Shown piece after piece: positions 40,551-55,300 of a stretch of 64,000 bases of DNA. The notes under the pieces are model-generated. The model had not been told where the DNA came from. It searched no databases and saw only the letters and a list, made by a program, of their open reading frames with translations. The number at the start of each line of letters is the position of its first letter. Positions within the stretch are counted from its first letter, which is position 1. Source of the DNA: Octopus sinensis (lineage: Eukaryota); contig NW_021835953.1 in assembly GCF_006345805.1 (NCBI RefSeq), positions 62,001 to 126,000 of the forward strand, written 5' to 3'. The translations under genes and the position numbers were made by a program.

Positions 40551-41490
40551 TTTTATAAAGCACAAGTACTGGCATATTTATCCAAAAGACATGTAAGACA
40601 AAGACCCCACAGCCGGGAGAGGGGGTATTGCAAATTTCTCTCCCCACATCCTGATTCTTTTGTCATCACATTCCCTTCTCACCTTCTGAAAATGTCATCA
40701 GATTCAGTGAACCAAAACATCATAGAGTAGTGAGGACCGTCTAATTATATAGAATGTAACACAACTTCATTACTATTTGTGCTATAATTAAATGCTCCCA
40801 GAATACACTAGGAAGTGGTTGGTGGAAACTAGGAAAGATGACACCACAAGTTTGAAAGGAACGTTTGATATTGTTGGGAAATTGATGATAATTTCTAATG
40901 CTTGTGCGACAATAAAATATACCCAGGACCCTTTATAAAGTGGTTGGGGTTAGAAAGGGTCTACCACCTTAGAAAAGCTGCAATGTTTAAGTGAGATGTT
41001 TTCCTCAACAAATGACGGTTGGCAGTAATTTCAAATACAACTGACTTGGACAGTGATGACCCACCTAGTGTATGGGAGCATGGAGAGCAGATGAGAAAAG
41101 ATGAAGATGATATCATTTATTGTATTGAAACTTTTAACCAGCATCTTTCTTGAAAAGACGGAGAGAAAGAGCATGAGTGAGAGAGAGAGAATGAATGAGT
41201 ACAATGAGATGACAAACAGGGCGAATATTCTCCTTAACGGGAGAGAACCGTTTCAGTGTTTATATTTAATTTTTCTATCTTTCTTTCTGCGAGTGAATGA
41301 GTAACAGATGTTTGCATAAAGTACATTTATTGGATATTCGTGTTGTTGTAGAAGAACAGAATTTCTTTATAGCTAAGCATTCAATGAAATCTAGCAGTGA
41401 AACCTGTTCTCGGTCATTCTATTGACCAAAATAGCTCAGTAAAAGCTAAAATTTATAGAAATCAATTATGGAATGTCATTCTATACTCAC

Positions 41491-41541
41491 CACGTGGTTC
41501 TTCTACTGTCTGGACCTCTTTGTCTTCAAATATTGGCCTTG
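41491..41541 (-). CDS. Gene B linker micro-exon (51 nt, phase 1-1)
   Basis: atttatttcag / gtgagt; (A)RPIFEDKEVQTVEEPR. Confidence 0.8.
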
Positions 41542-41689
41542 CTGAAATAAATATTTCCAAGATTATAATTTATAGTAAAATTTCTTTAATGAACATCGAT
41601 ATTTTATAATTGTGAAATATTCCTATAACCAATAGTCAAGATTAACCGTCCCAAATCCCCCCACTCTGTAGGTAACGAAGGGCTTCTCC

Positions 41690-42130
41690 CTAAGAGTGTA
41701 AAGCAGATTGTATGAGACTTGTGTACGGACAAATGTACAACACAATAATGAAAGATAGGCTGTGAAGATAGAAGACATGCAAAGGGTCGGAGACAAATGA
41801 AGCCAGCATGCTCCACTGGATGTACAACATCAGTGTTCAGGTAAGTCACAGTGGAAATGTCTTAAGAGAAAATCTGGGTATAAGAGTCATCCGATGTAGA
41901 GTTCAAAAGAGAGATCTTTCATAGTATGGTTATGTGATGCATATGGATGAGGTGATCAGCATGAAGAGATGCGGATCTCTAAATGTGGAGAGAAGCTGAG
42001 GAAGAGGAAGACTGAGGAAGACATGGGACAAAGTGGTGAGAAATGATGTTCAGATGCTGAGCTTCACACGGGAAGATAACTAAAACGACTGAGACAATCA
42101 GCAATTTTCTGTGCTTGAAAAGATCCAACT
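41690..42130 (+). mobile_element. Degenerate RTE ORF 3' fragment
   Basis: Homologous to ~35600-36050 (GLSLRVK, ASMLHWM, RKTWD). Confidence 0.75.
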
Positions 42131-43289
42131 GGCTAAGTAACATCGAGGCCATCAAGGCATGTCCTTTATGTGCATACCTTCCACCCTGAACACAATCTGT
42201 CCCCTAAAAAAACATCCCCAACAACCTTGAAACTATACACTCTTTCCCCACCATGATCCCTAACAAGGTGTAAAATGTTAGGTGAGGGTACACGATGTTC
42301 CTATGACAAAATAAGTTTACATTTCAGACATACAAATGTAAGAGTGTTAATGAATTATAGCTAATTATTTATCTTGATAATTGGGTATATATGTAATACA
42401 ATAGCACTGTGCTTGACGGTGCAATACTAGATATCAATATAGATTGTATATAATCTGAGTAAAGAACATATAGCCTTCATTACTATGAATATGATTGTGT
42501 CTCAGCACAGCTAATATTATGGTAGTTCCATGAGCAAACGAAGAAAGATATAACCAAGTCCACTGCCAAATAATAATGATTAATTCATTTCCTGGTCAAA
42601 TAACAATGACTAACTTCCATTAAATAATTTGAACGCAACAATCAAGACCAAAGGGTGAAACACTCAGAAAACTGTGCCTCTTTTAGCATTAATATCATCT
42701 AAAATCTAACAAGAGTGAGAAAAAGAATGACTATATGGATAATAAATATTGTTCAAACAATGTAATAAGTGTATATTATATATAGTTACAAAGAGGGTTT
42801 GTGAGATCAAGTCACACAGGGAACTCATATTTAATTCCTATCTTTATATTTTATGTCAACACCAATGTTTTGTTTAAATGCAAACTGATGTTCACCGTCC
42901 AATACTAAATTTAATATTTAATCAACGTTAATGATCATTATACTCATAATCTTAGAGCTTTGATTTTTAATTTCTTTAATCTATAACAAAGTTATTCTGA
43001 CCTGAGACATTCAGAGTACGTACCTAAATAACATCATGACAGACATTTGGCTACATAACAATAACAACAACAATAACCTATGAGAAAACTTAGGAAAGAC
43101 CTTAGTAGCAAAAGAAACAAAAGCTTTCTCGTTAACTCACCTGTTTACAAATAAACAACGAAATATTTTAGTTCTCTGTCCTAAAAGACATCATTAACTC
43201 TATAATGTCTTCTTATTAATCAATTTTACCAACCACGTTAACCTCGATTTTATGAAATTTCAGTGGAATATTTAATAGAATCTTTTTAC

Positions 43290-43870
43290 AGCTAATGCGG
43301 AAACTAGGGATTGACGAGCGATTATACGAGTTGAAGAGGCCATGTAGTAATGTGAGGATTGGCAATGAGTATAGTGAAGAATTCCGGATAGAAGTAGGAG
43401 TTCACTAGGGATCATTCCTGAACCCCTCGTTTCAGCATAGTACACCAGGCAATAACAGAAATAAAAAATCAAAAGCAATTCAAGATCGAAATCAAAATGG
43501 AAATTGTAGTTGTGACCGATGCCAGTGCCGCCTGACTGGCACCTGTTCCTGTGTCGTTATAAGTACCATAGAAGCATAGGTCCTTGTCACTGCCACCTGA
43601 CTAGTTCCCTGTGCCGATGGCACGTAAAAAGCACCATCCGAACGTGGTCGATGCCAGCTCCCACCCCGACTGGCTCCTGTGTCGGTGGCACATAAAAAAC
43701 ACCCACCACACTCTCAGAGTGGTTGGCGTTAGGAATGGCATATATATGTGGAAACCTTGCCAGATCCCATTGGAGCCTGGCGCAGCCTACTGCCTTGCCA
43801 GTGAAATCGTCCGACCCATGCTACTATAAAAGCGGACGTTAAACGATGATGATGATGATGATGATGATGA
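43290..43870 (+). mobile_element. Internally deleted RTE derivative (RT piece fused to 3' UTR, (GAT)n tail)
   Basis: MRKLGIDE..EEFRIEVGVH joined directly to 3' UTR repeats and gatgatgat tail. Confidence 0.75.
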
Positions 43871-44121
43871 GTTCTGTGACCAAATGACAAAATTTACTCT
43901 ATTGTGTCTTCTAATTTGAACATTATTACCAACAGCATTAACCTCAATGGGTATTTCATAAACTCACAGTAAATCGATGTCTTTAATACAATTATTATAC
44001 AGATAATCGTTCAATTGGAAATTAGGAAAGGAAGCTGTTTTCAGTTATTCTTTCAAGCACAATATACTCCCGGGAAATAAACCTTACAGAAATCAATTGG
44101 GAACTATTATTTTATACTCAG

Positions 44122-44199
44122 CAATTGCCTGAGATGCAGCCTCTAATTCCTGACATGTAGCCTCTGTTCGTACACACCTGTCCTCAGACTTTGGAGCCC
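44122..44199 (-). pseudogene. Gene B linker pseudo-exon (78 nt) with mutated donor (GT>CT)
   Basis: Intact atttatttcag acceptor, donor reads ctgagta; would encode (G)APKSEDRCVRTEATCQELEAASQAI. Confidence 0.62.
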
Positions 44200-45740
44200 C
44201 TGAAATAAATATTTCCAAGTTTTACATTTAATAATAAAATTTCTTTATCTTTATTTTTATTAAACTCTATCTTGTTATTGTGAGACATTCAATTCCTGTC
44301 GTTACTGGTCAACAGTTGACCATTATGGTTTTGATCAATATTTCTGTACTTTCTACAGTGGTCTCATGTAATAGCCCAATATGTCCACAATAAAACAGAC
44401 TAACATTTCTAAATCCACCCCTCTCTCTCTCTTTCTCTCTCTCTCTCTCTTTAAAAACACATTAAATATTCTAACAATGTTGCAATTATCTCGTTTAATT
44501 AACACTTGATGACAGTTTTCTCTTAGCTTCGTCTTTCTTTTCTTATAACTGTGCCAAATCTATTGCATGGCACTGTCCTCTCATCTCTAGAATTCACTAA
44601 TCAACATTCCTCTCTGATTAAGTAAAACTGAGCCCATAAAGATGTCCTTTATGTGCATACACTCCACTCCGCACACAATATGACCCCTAAAAATCATCTC
44701 CACAAGCCAAATTACATACACCCTTCCCCAACATGATCCCTAACAAGATATAAAATGTAAGGTGAGGGTACACGATGTTCCTATGACAAAATCAGTTTAC
44801 ATTTCAGACATGCAAATGTAAGAGAGTTAATGAATTATAGCTTATTAATTATCATGATAATTAGGTATATATGTGATACAATGGCACTGTGCTTGACAGT
44901 GCAATACTAGATATCAATATAGATTGTATATAATCTGAGTAAAGAACGTATAACCTTCATTACAATGAATATGATTGTGTCTCAGCACAGCTAATATTAT
45001 GGTAGTTCCATGAGCAAACGAAGAAAGATATAACCAAGTCCACTGTCAAATACTAATGATTAATTCATTTCCTGGTCAAATAACAATGACTATCTTTCGT
45101 TAAATAATTTGAACGCAACAATCAAGACCAAAGGGTGAAACAATCAGAAAACTGTGATCTTTTAGCATTAATATCATCTAAAATCTAACAAGAGTGAGAA
45201 AAAGAATGACTATATGGATAGTAAATGTTGTTCAAACAATGTAATAAATGTATATTATATATAGTTACAAACAAGGATTTGTGAGATCAAGTCACACAGG
45301 GAACTCATATTTAATTCCTATCTTTATATTTTATGTCAACACCAATGTTTTGTTTAAATGCAAACAGATGTTCACCGTTCAATACTAAATTTAATATTTA
45401 ATCAACGTTAATGATCATTATACTTATACTCTTAGAACTTTGATTTTTAATCTTGTTAATTTCTTATAATTAAGGGTACATACCTAAAGAGACATTCAGG
45501 GTACATACCTAAACAACATATCCTGACAGACATTTTGCAGTGTGAGATCTTAAAATTAGATAAAGTCAATATTTAGTGGATGTAGTGATAGATATACTGT
45601 CACAAAGAAAAGACCTCAGGAACACCTATCATAAATCTGTCCCAATATGAAGTACCTGGGTCTACACGAAAGCTTGAAGCACATAATTCCACACAATAAG
45701 GTCAACAAGACAACAAACAGAGCCCCAAAGATTATCTTAC

Positions 45741-45883
45741 CAAATTCTCTTTTGCTGAGTGTGTAATCTTGACACATGGGGCATCTCTTAAATGTCATTT
45801 CAGAAGAACAATTCTCGCAGAGAACAAGATCTCCCCATGGTTGCAGTCTCACGGTGGCCATGTTCTCTTCACACAAGCGACTT
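45741..45883 (-). CDS. Gene B exon: degenerate C3HC4 (MIB/IAP-type) RING finger
   Basis: ttccatag / gtaag, phase 2-1, in frame with 57888-58063; SRLC..QPWGD.VLCENC..CPMC. Confidence 0.85.
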
Positions 45884-46227
45884 CTATGGAACAAAATATA
45901 AACACATTTCATCAATAACATTCATGTATAACAATATTTACATGGTATACATGTTTACAGCACAAAATATTATGAATCTCTGCAGTGACCTCCATGAGTG
46001 TCTCACAATTTCTATTTTAAAGAACCACGTTCGGACAGATTTATGTGTGTATAAGTGCTACGCAGACACACACACGTATATATTTATACAGGTATTGTTA
46101 AATATACGTCTTGACTCTGATATATTACAAAAGCAGTACACCACATATATTCCAAAACCATACTTCACTTCTAGACTCCATTTCTGCTGAACAAAACTAT
46201 ATATGTACACAACTTTGTGCCTATATA

Positions 46228-47044
46228 CGAGGTCTGATCAATAAGTATCAGGATTGTTGCTATAGTAACGAAGCAAAAACACGCAGAGTGAAGACGCTTG
46301 GCAAAGATTGATCTCAACCTGTGCTTTACATGCGCACTAATTTTTTTATTTTCTAGCTCATATCCGCTGTTTACAGCAGTGCTTGGAAGCCTACGTAAAG
46401 TTGCAGAAAGTGTATGGAGAGGAGTGTATGAGCCACACACACATGTAAGAATGGTTCAGACATTTTAAGTATGGCCGAAAATGTCGATATTGACGAACAT
46501 TCTGGAAGATCTGCAACGAGCAGAACTGAGAAAAAACATTGCTAATGCGCGTGCAGTTGTGTGGGTAAACCGTCGAATTACCATCCTTGAATTATCAGAG
46601 GATGAGCAGGTTAGTCACGGTTGGGCCATTACCACTGAAGATTTGGCTTTCAGACGCCTGTCTGCCAAATATGTGCCAGAACTGCTTTCAGCAGACCAAA
46701 AGGACACACGGGTTTCAGTTGCACAAGATGTCCTTGATTGTGTCAGGGACGATGAAATATTATTGAAAACTTTCTATGGCCCTCTGAGCAGGAATCGTCA
46801 AACGTTTGACAAAATTTGATGCAGATTCTCTGCTCAACTCTCTATATCATGGTCAATGTGACGATCACACGCTACACACCTTCCTTCCAAGCACTTCTGT
46901 AAACAGAGAAAGTGCGCTAGAAAGTTAAACCTTAGTGTGCATGCACAAAAGAGATAAAGGTCAATCTGTGCCAAGCAACTTCACTCTGTGTGCTTTAGCT
47001 TTGTTACTATGGCAACAGTCTGGATAGTTATTGATAAGATCATG
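46228..47044 (+). mobile_element. Internally deleted mariner element with long TIRs
   Basis: TA|cgaggtctgatcaataag with inverted copy ending ~47044; internal RRITILELSE..LSAKYVPELLSADQK transposase fragment. Confidence 0.85.
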
Positions 47045-47054
47045 TCCAAACATT

Positions 47055-47085
<31 letters not shown>

Positions 47086-48516
47086 CTTCATTGTATCTAA
47101 TCTGCTTCACAAGTCCTCTATATTTAGACAACTGGCTTTGAATTTTATGGCTGGAGAGACGGGCCACCTTTGCTATAGCTTCATATATACGAGATCCGTA
47201 TAACAAAACAAGTCACTGTTCTAAAATAGAAGAATGCTTTGAGAATACAATACAATGTATATGTACAAAACTGTAGAACATTTTAAAAACAGATGAGTTG
47301 ACTGCAATAAATGCAATGTTTCTATGCACCATTAACTTCAGGCCAATCAAAGATGCATTATGGTTGTTTGATCCCCTCGGTTGCTGGCCTGTGTGTCTTT
47401 CCCCATCATTGCAGTCGAACAAAATCTTGCCATCCACAGGAAAATTCTGGACATTTGTTGTGACGGATATTAAAAGCAAAGTTCCTTACATAATCATACA
47501 TTAAAGGACCATATAAGAAAACATCAGGTAAAAATCTACCCCTAGTTATAGCTAAATCCAGGGACATTGAGAAATAAACCACTGATTCTGCCACACATGA
47601 TGTAATTGTTATTGGTGTATCTAAAGAAATCATTGATCTACAAACATGTTTTGACAAATTGTCCACTTCAAATGTATTTCTCCCAAAAATTTTATCTGCC
47701 TAAATTGATTGTACCAAAACCTAGATTTTGCAGATTTACCGTCTACTGAGGCATAGGCATACTGTTTAGTCTCCGGTAATCTTTCCTTTTTAATGTTTAT
47801 AATAGATAAATCCACACATTTTACCTATTTCGGTTATGATACCATTTTTGACAATCTTAAATTATATTTTTTATACGACATAACAATATTGTTTATAAAC
47901 AATCACACATCGTGCCCCATAATAAAATTTCTTCTGTATTAACATCTTTGGTTTCTTTGCGCCTGGCCCCTTTAACTGGTAATCAACATCATGATTTAAA
48001 GTCTTACACTACTAAGCCTCTTTTTTTGGACACTTACTTTATATCCAATTGACTACCCCTAATGTCTTCTTTTTGTCTAGAGGAAAAGGAATACGTACAA
48101 CATTTATGACCACACCTAGCCATGAGCTGTCAAATCATTCTTGTCCTTTATTCAAAACAGGACACTGTCTTCTGGTCTTAGATTTAGTAGTTGATAAAGA
48201 GATAAATGAAATTAGAAATGAATTACAATCCTTTACAACACTATGACCCCAATAGCCTCCATGCGATTCTTGGAAGTGTAGTTTTTTTTTCTTAGCTACA
48301 ATATCGATAACATTAATTTCCTCCATCTTCTTGCTCTGTTAGAATAGTTTAGAAACATTACAGTAATGTGTCCGAATGGTTAAATTCTATTCATATATTT
48401 CTACAGCTAAATATAGCACTGCATTTAGATTGATGTATTGATTGCATTGTTCAATTGAATGGAGGCGCTTGAAACGGTCGTATTGTATCACTACTTGATA
48501 TCCTGTCCTTAATATG

Positions 48517-50931
<2,415 letters not shown>

Positions 50932-50963
50932 TATATATATATATATGAAGATACATAAATCTC

Positions 50964-51721
50964 TGATGTCGTTCATTCTTGCTTAACAAGAAGTAGTCAC
51001 AGTGTAATGATACTACAGAGTCACATCTGAAGATTGGTAGGATCTGTTTAGTCCATTGTTGTTTTATGGAAATGTATTAATTTAATTGATGCCAACTGAA
51101 GCAGTGTTACTCGACGCTATAGATCATGCTTCAGCCTCATCTGGACATTTTGCAGCAAGGTGCTGTCTAAATAAAGCTAGTCGCAGATAGGTGCACCACT
51201 ATACATTATGGAAGGTGACCCAGAAACTGGACCTCGGGATAATGTCAAGAAGGACATTTTGACGGATGATCACATTCTAAAGTCATCAAAAGATCGAAAG
51301 TATCTAGCATCTCTCTGAAAATGCTTCGTCTTGCACTTTGTCAAGTTGTCTATTTAAAGTTACGTATGGGAAATGGTATGTCCAAAAACTTACGGTATGC
51401 ACCTCCAATCTGGAACCCATCCTGTCCAGATTACGTACAACTAGGCAAATACACTCTGTCACTCCCCATATCTTGAAGTATTGTTTCTTGATGTCGTTCA
51501 TTCTTGCTTAACAAGAAGTAGTCACAGTGTAATGATACTACAGAGTCACATCTGAAGATTGGTAGGATCTGTTTAGTCCATTGTTGTTTCTGGAAATGTA
51601 TTAATTTAATTGATGCCAAACTGAAGCAGGTTACTCTACGTATAGATCATTGCTTCAGCCTCATCTGGACATTTTGCCAGCAAGGTGCTGTCAAATAAGC
51701 TAGTCGCAGATAGGTGCACCA
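50964..51721. repeat. ~234-bp direct repeats (50964-51198, 51489-51721) around a 290-bp spacer
   Basis: Direct inspection. Confidence 0.85.
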
Positions 51722-52161
51722 ACTTTCAGAAATATTTTTCGCTGTTCAGAATTTTTGAAGAGCATGAAATAAACTGATATCTCTTGTTAGCTATCAGGAC
51801 ACTGCATTCTTCAAAACTTCCATATTTCCTGAAATTCCCTAACACTCTTCCTGGTGTACCTATGTCTTCTTTCTTTGATATAACTCTTTTACTGTTTCCC
51901 TCCTTTCGGGTTGTTTTATTATATGTATCGTGCATCTACTTCTAGCTTCCATTGCTGCCTTTCTTTGACTAATTGCAGTTTTCTGTCCCCTATTTTGCCC
52001 CTTTCCAGTAACTTCAGCTGCGCTCTATAGACATTATATTATTATTAAAACATTCACATAAACGATCATTTGTAAAAGTAGAGAACATCTTCTGAGGCTT
52101 GTCAATTGAAGAAAACAGAACTATATTTATACAGTCCAAAAATCAATATCTATGAACAATA

Positions 52162-52320
52162 GGTGCAGGAGTAGATGTGTGGTAAGTAGCTTGCTTACCA
52201 ACCACATGGTTCTGGGTTCAGTCCCACTGCGTGGCACTTTGGGCAAATGACTTCTACTATAGTTTCGGACTGACCAATGCTTTTGAGTGGATTGGTAGAG
52301 GGAACTGAATAAGCCGTCGC
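52162..52320 (+). mobile_element. SINE 5' half (split by the Penelope insertion)
   Basis: Homologous to the SINE head; 3' half resumes at ~56927. Confidence 0.8.
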
Positions 52321-52333
52321 ATATATATATATT

Positions 52334-52379
<46 letters not shown>

Positions 52380-52382
<3 letters not shown>

Positions 52383-55300
52383 CGGGAAGCTTTATGAAAA
52401 TAGACAAAAGACGAAGGCAGGTGGAAAACAAACAAACAATTGTATTAGTATGGCGCTCAGGAAATATAAATAAAACAAGTCTTTAACGTTTCGAGCCTAC
52501 GCTCTTCAACAGAAGATACACAGAGAGAAAAAAAACACAGAAGAAGGAGAGAAAAAAAAATGCGTGCAGTAACTAACGAATCAACATGGCGATCTGATTT
52601 CGGCCAGAGGTCAAAGATCAAACATGAGACGCGAGAGCGAAATTAGGGGAGATAATAGGGTGAAATAGGGTTGAATGACCAGCTCCAACAAAGGGTGTGT
52701 GGTGTGTGTATGAGAGAGTATTAGTGCGTATGAGAGGTCTGGACGTGTGTATGTATAGGGTTGGTGTATGTTTAGTATGTAGTATAGTATGTATAAGGGT
52801 TGTGTGTGTGTGTGTGTATGAGAGAGTATTAGTGCGTATGAGAGGTCTGGACGTGTGTATGTATAGGGTTGGTGTATGTATTAGTATGGAGTATGTATGT
52901 ATTAGTACGTATTAGTATGTATAAGGGGTGTGAGTGTGGGTATGAGAGAGTATAAGTGCGTATGAGAGGTCTGGACGTGTGTGTATGTATAGGGTTGGTG
53001 TATGTATTGTATTATGTATTAGTATGTTTAGTACGTATTAGTATGTATTAGTTGGTGTATGTATTAGTATGGCACATCATATATGATGTGATGTGTAAAG
53101 TCGTGTGGAGAGAGGGGAGAGAGGAGAAGAGGGGGAGAGGAAGAGGGGGGAGAGAGGAGGGGGAGAGGGAGAAGGAGGGGGAGGAGGAAGGAGAAAGAGG
53201 GAGCGGGAGGAGGAGGAGAGGAAGGGGAGTGAGGGGGGGAGCAGAGGGGAGCAGAGGGAAGGGGAAGAGGGAGGAGGGAGGAGAAAGAGGGAAGAAGGGA
53301 AGGGGAAAGGGGTGAAAGGATGAAGGACTGAAGAAGAGGACGGGGTTAGATGGGGGGTTCGGGAAAAGGATGAGGTGAGGAGGGGGTCGAGGGGGGATAG
53401 TTAGAGGAGGAGTGGGGGAGAGGAGGGGGGGGAGAGTTGAGACCAAATGGCGTATAAGAGCGATGAGAGAGAAGATTAATTCCTGTTCACGGCGCAAACG
53501 GGAATCCGGATGGCCTCTGTGTAAGGACAAACCGAACACAGATAGGTGTTGCAAGGAGGTGAACCGGTGGAGCGGAAAATGGCGTGAGACCGGTTGTGTT
53601 GTTGCAAGGTGGATGTCACGAAGGTGTCCGCGAACCGATCAGCCAAGCGGCGTCCCGTTTGTCCGATGTACAAGGAATGGCAGAGAAGCAAGAGACGCAA
53701 TAGATAATATTGCTGGAGGTGCACGTGAAGGAGTGGATGATGGGATAGGGTCGATGAGGGTGGGTGCTAGTGAGGAGGGTGGTGTTGGAGAGGTAAGGGC
53801 AAGTGCGGCAACGTGGGCGGGAGCAGGGAACGAGCCAGGGGAACGAGCCGGGTTGGGAGGTGGGGTCAGGGAAGGAGCTATGGACCAAAAGGTCTCGAAG
53901 GTTGTGGGCTCGTTTGAAAGAGGGGAGGGGTCGGTTAGGGAAGAGGTGTGAAGTGGACGGGTCGGACTGGAGATGACGGAAAGCTCGAAGAATGGTGCGT
54001 TGGAGAGGTAGGGTCGTGGGGTGGTAAGTGAGGGGAAACGGGAGGCGGGAGACTACAGGGCGGGTTCGGGGAGAGAGAGCAGATACACGGTCCACGGACC
54101 GTGCTCTGGCAAGGGCGGTGTGGATAGTGGTGAGGGGGTATCCACGTAGGGTGAAGTGGTGAGCCATACGTTGAGACTGAGTCTCAAAGTCATGGTCGTC
54201 ACTACAGAGCCTACGTAGACGGAGGAATTGGGAATAGGGGATGGAAAGCTTGGTGTGTTCTGGGTGGGAGGAAGAGAAGTTGAGGTATGAGTGTGAGTCT
54301 GTGTGTTTGTAGTGAATGGAGGTGGTAAGAGTGGAGTGAAGAATGCTAACCGAAATGTCGAGGAAGGAGACAGAGGCGTTGGAGATAGTGGAAGTGAAGT
54401 GGAGGGCTGGATGGAAAGATTGGACGAAAGAGAGGAAGGAATCTAGATGTTCACGGGAGAGTGAGGTGGCACCGATAATGTCGTCAATGTAACGACCATA
54501 TAGTTCAGGAGTGGGACCAGAGAAATTAGAGAATATTTGGGCCTCAACATAGCCAACGAACAGGTTCGCATAGTTGGGGCCCATTCGCGTTCCCATGGCC
54601 ACTCCCGAGAGCTGAAGGTAGAACTCGCCCGCGAACGAGAAGCAGTTCAGAGTAAGGACAAGTTCGGCCAGACGAATGAGTGTGGAGGTGTCAGGTACAG
54701 GGTTGGAGCGGAGGTCAAGAAAGTGTCGAAGGGCCTGCAGTCCTTCGTGGTGAGGGATAACAGTATAGAGGCTTTGGATGTCCATAGTAAAAAGGATTTT
54801 GGAGGAGCCGGGAGGAAAGGAGAAAGAGTTGAAAAGCTGGAGAGCATGGTTGGTATCGTGGATGTGGGAGGGAAGAGATGCCACTAGGGGGGCAAGGACA
54901 CGGTCGAGGTATTTAGAGATGAGCTCCGTGGGGCAGTTACAGGCGGAGACGATGGGGCGGCCAGGGTTGTTGGGTTTGTGGATTTTGGGGAGGAAGTAAA
55001 TGGTGGGGGTACGTGGGGTTCGCACAATTAGGTTGGATGCGGTGTGGGGGAGACGGGAGGACGAGATGAGGTCGCGGACAGTAGAGGATACCGTCTGTTG
55101 GTAGCTACGTGTGGGGTTAGAGGGGAGTAGAAGGAGGTGTCATTGAGTTGGCGGAAAGCCTCGGTCCTATAGAGGTCCGCGCGCCACACCACTACAGCTC
55201 CACCCTTGTTAGCCGGTTTGATGATAATGTCAGCGCGCCGTTGGAGGGAACGAAGAGCCAAGAGCTCAGCCGGGGAGATGTTGAGGCGGCGTTGGCGCCT

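Larger units (their letters stand above)
42155..45540. repeat. Segmental tandem duplication: ~42155-43060 resembles ~44640-45540 (older third copy ~39610-40250)
   Basis: Long near-identical stretches seen directly. Confidence 0.9.

Noticed and set aside
50964-51721. TRIM/mini-LTR element or retrozyme (TG...CA direct repeats, CTGAAGA..GAAA)
   Set aside because: No TSD, PBS or PPT, and the hammerhead stems do not pair; kept only as a direct repeat
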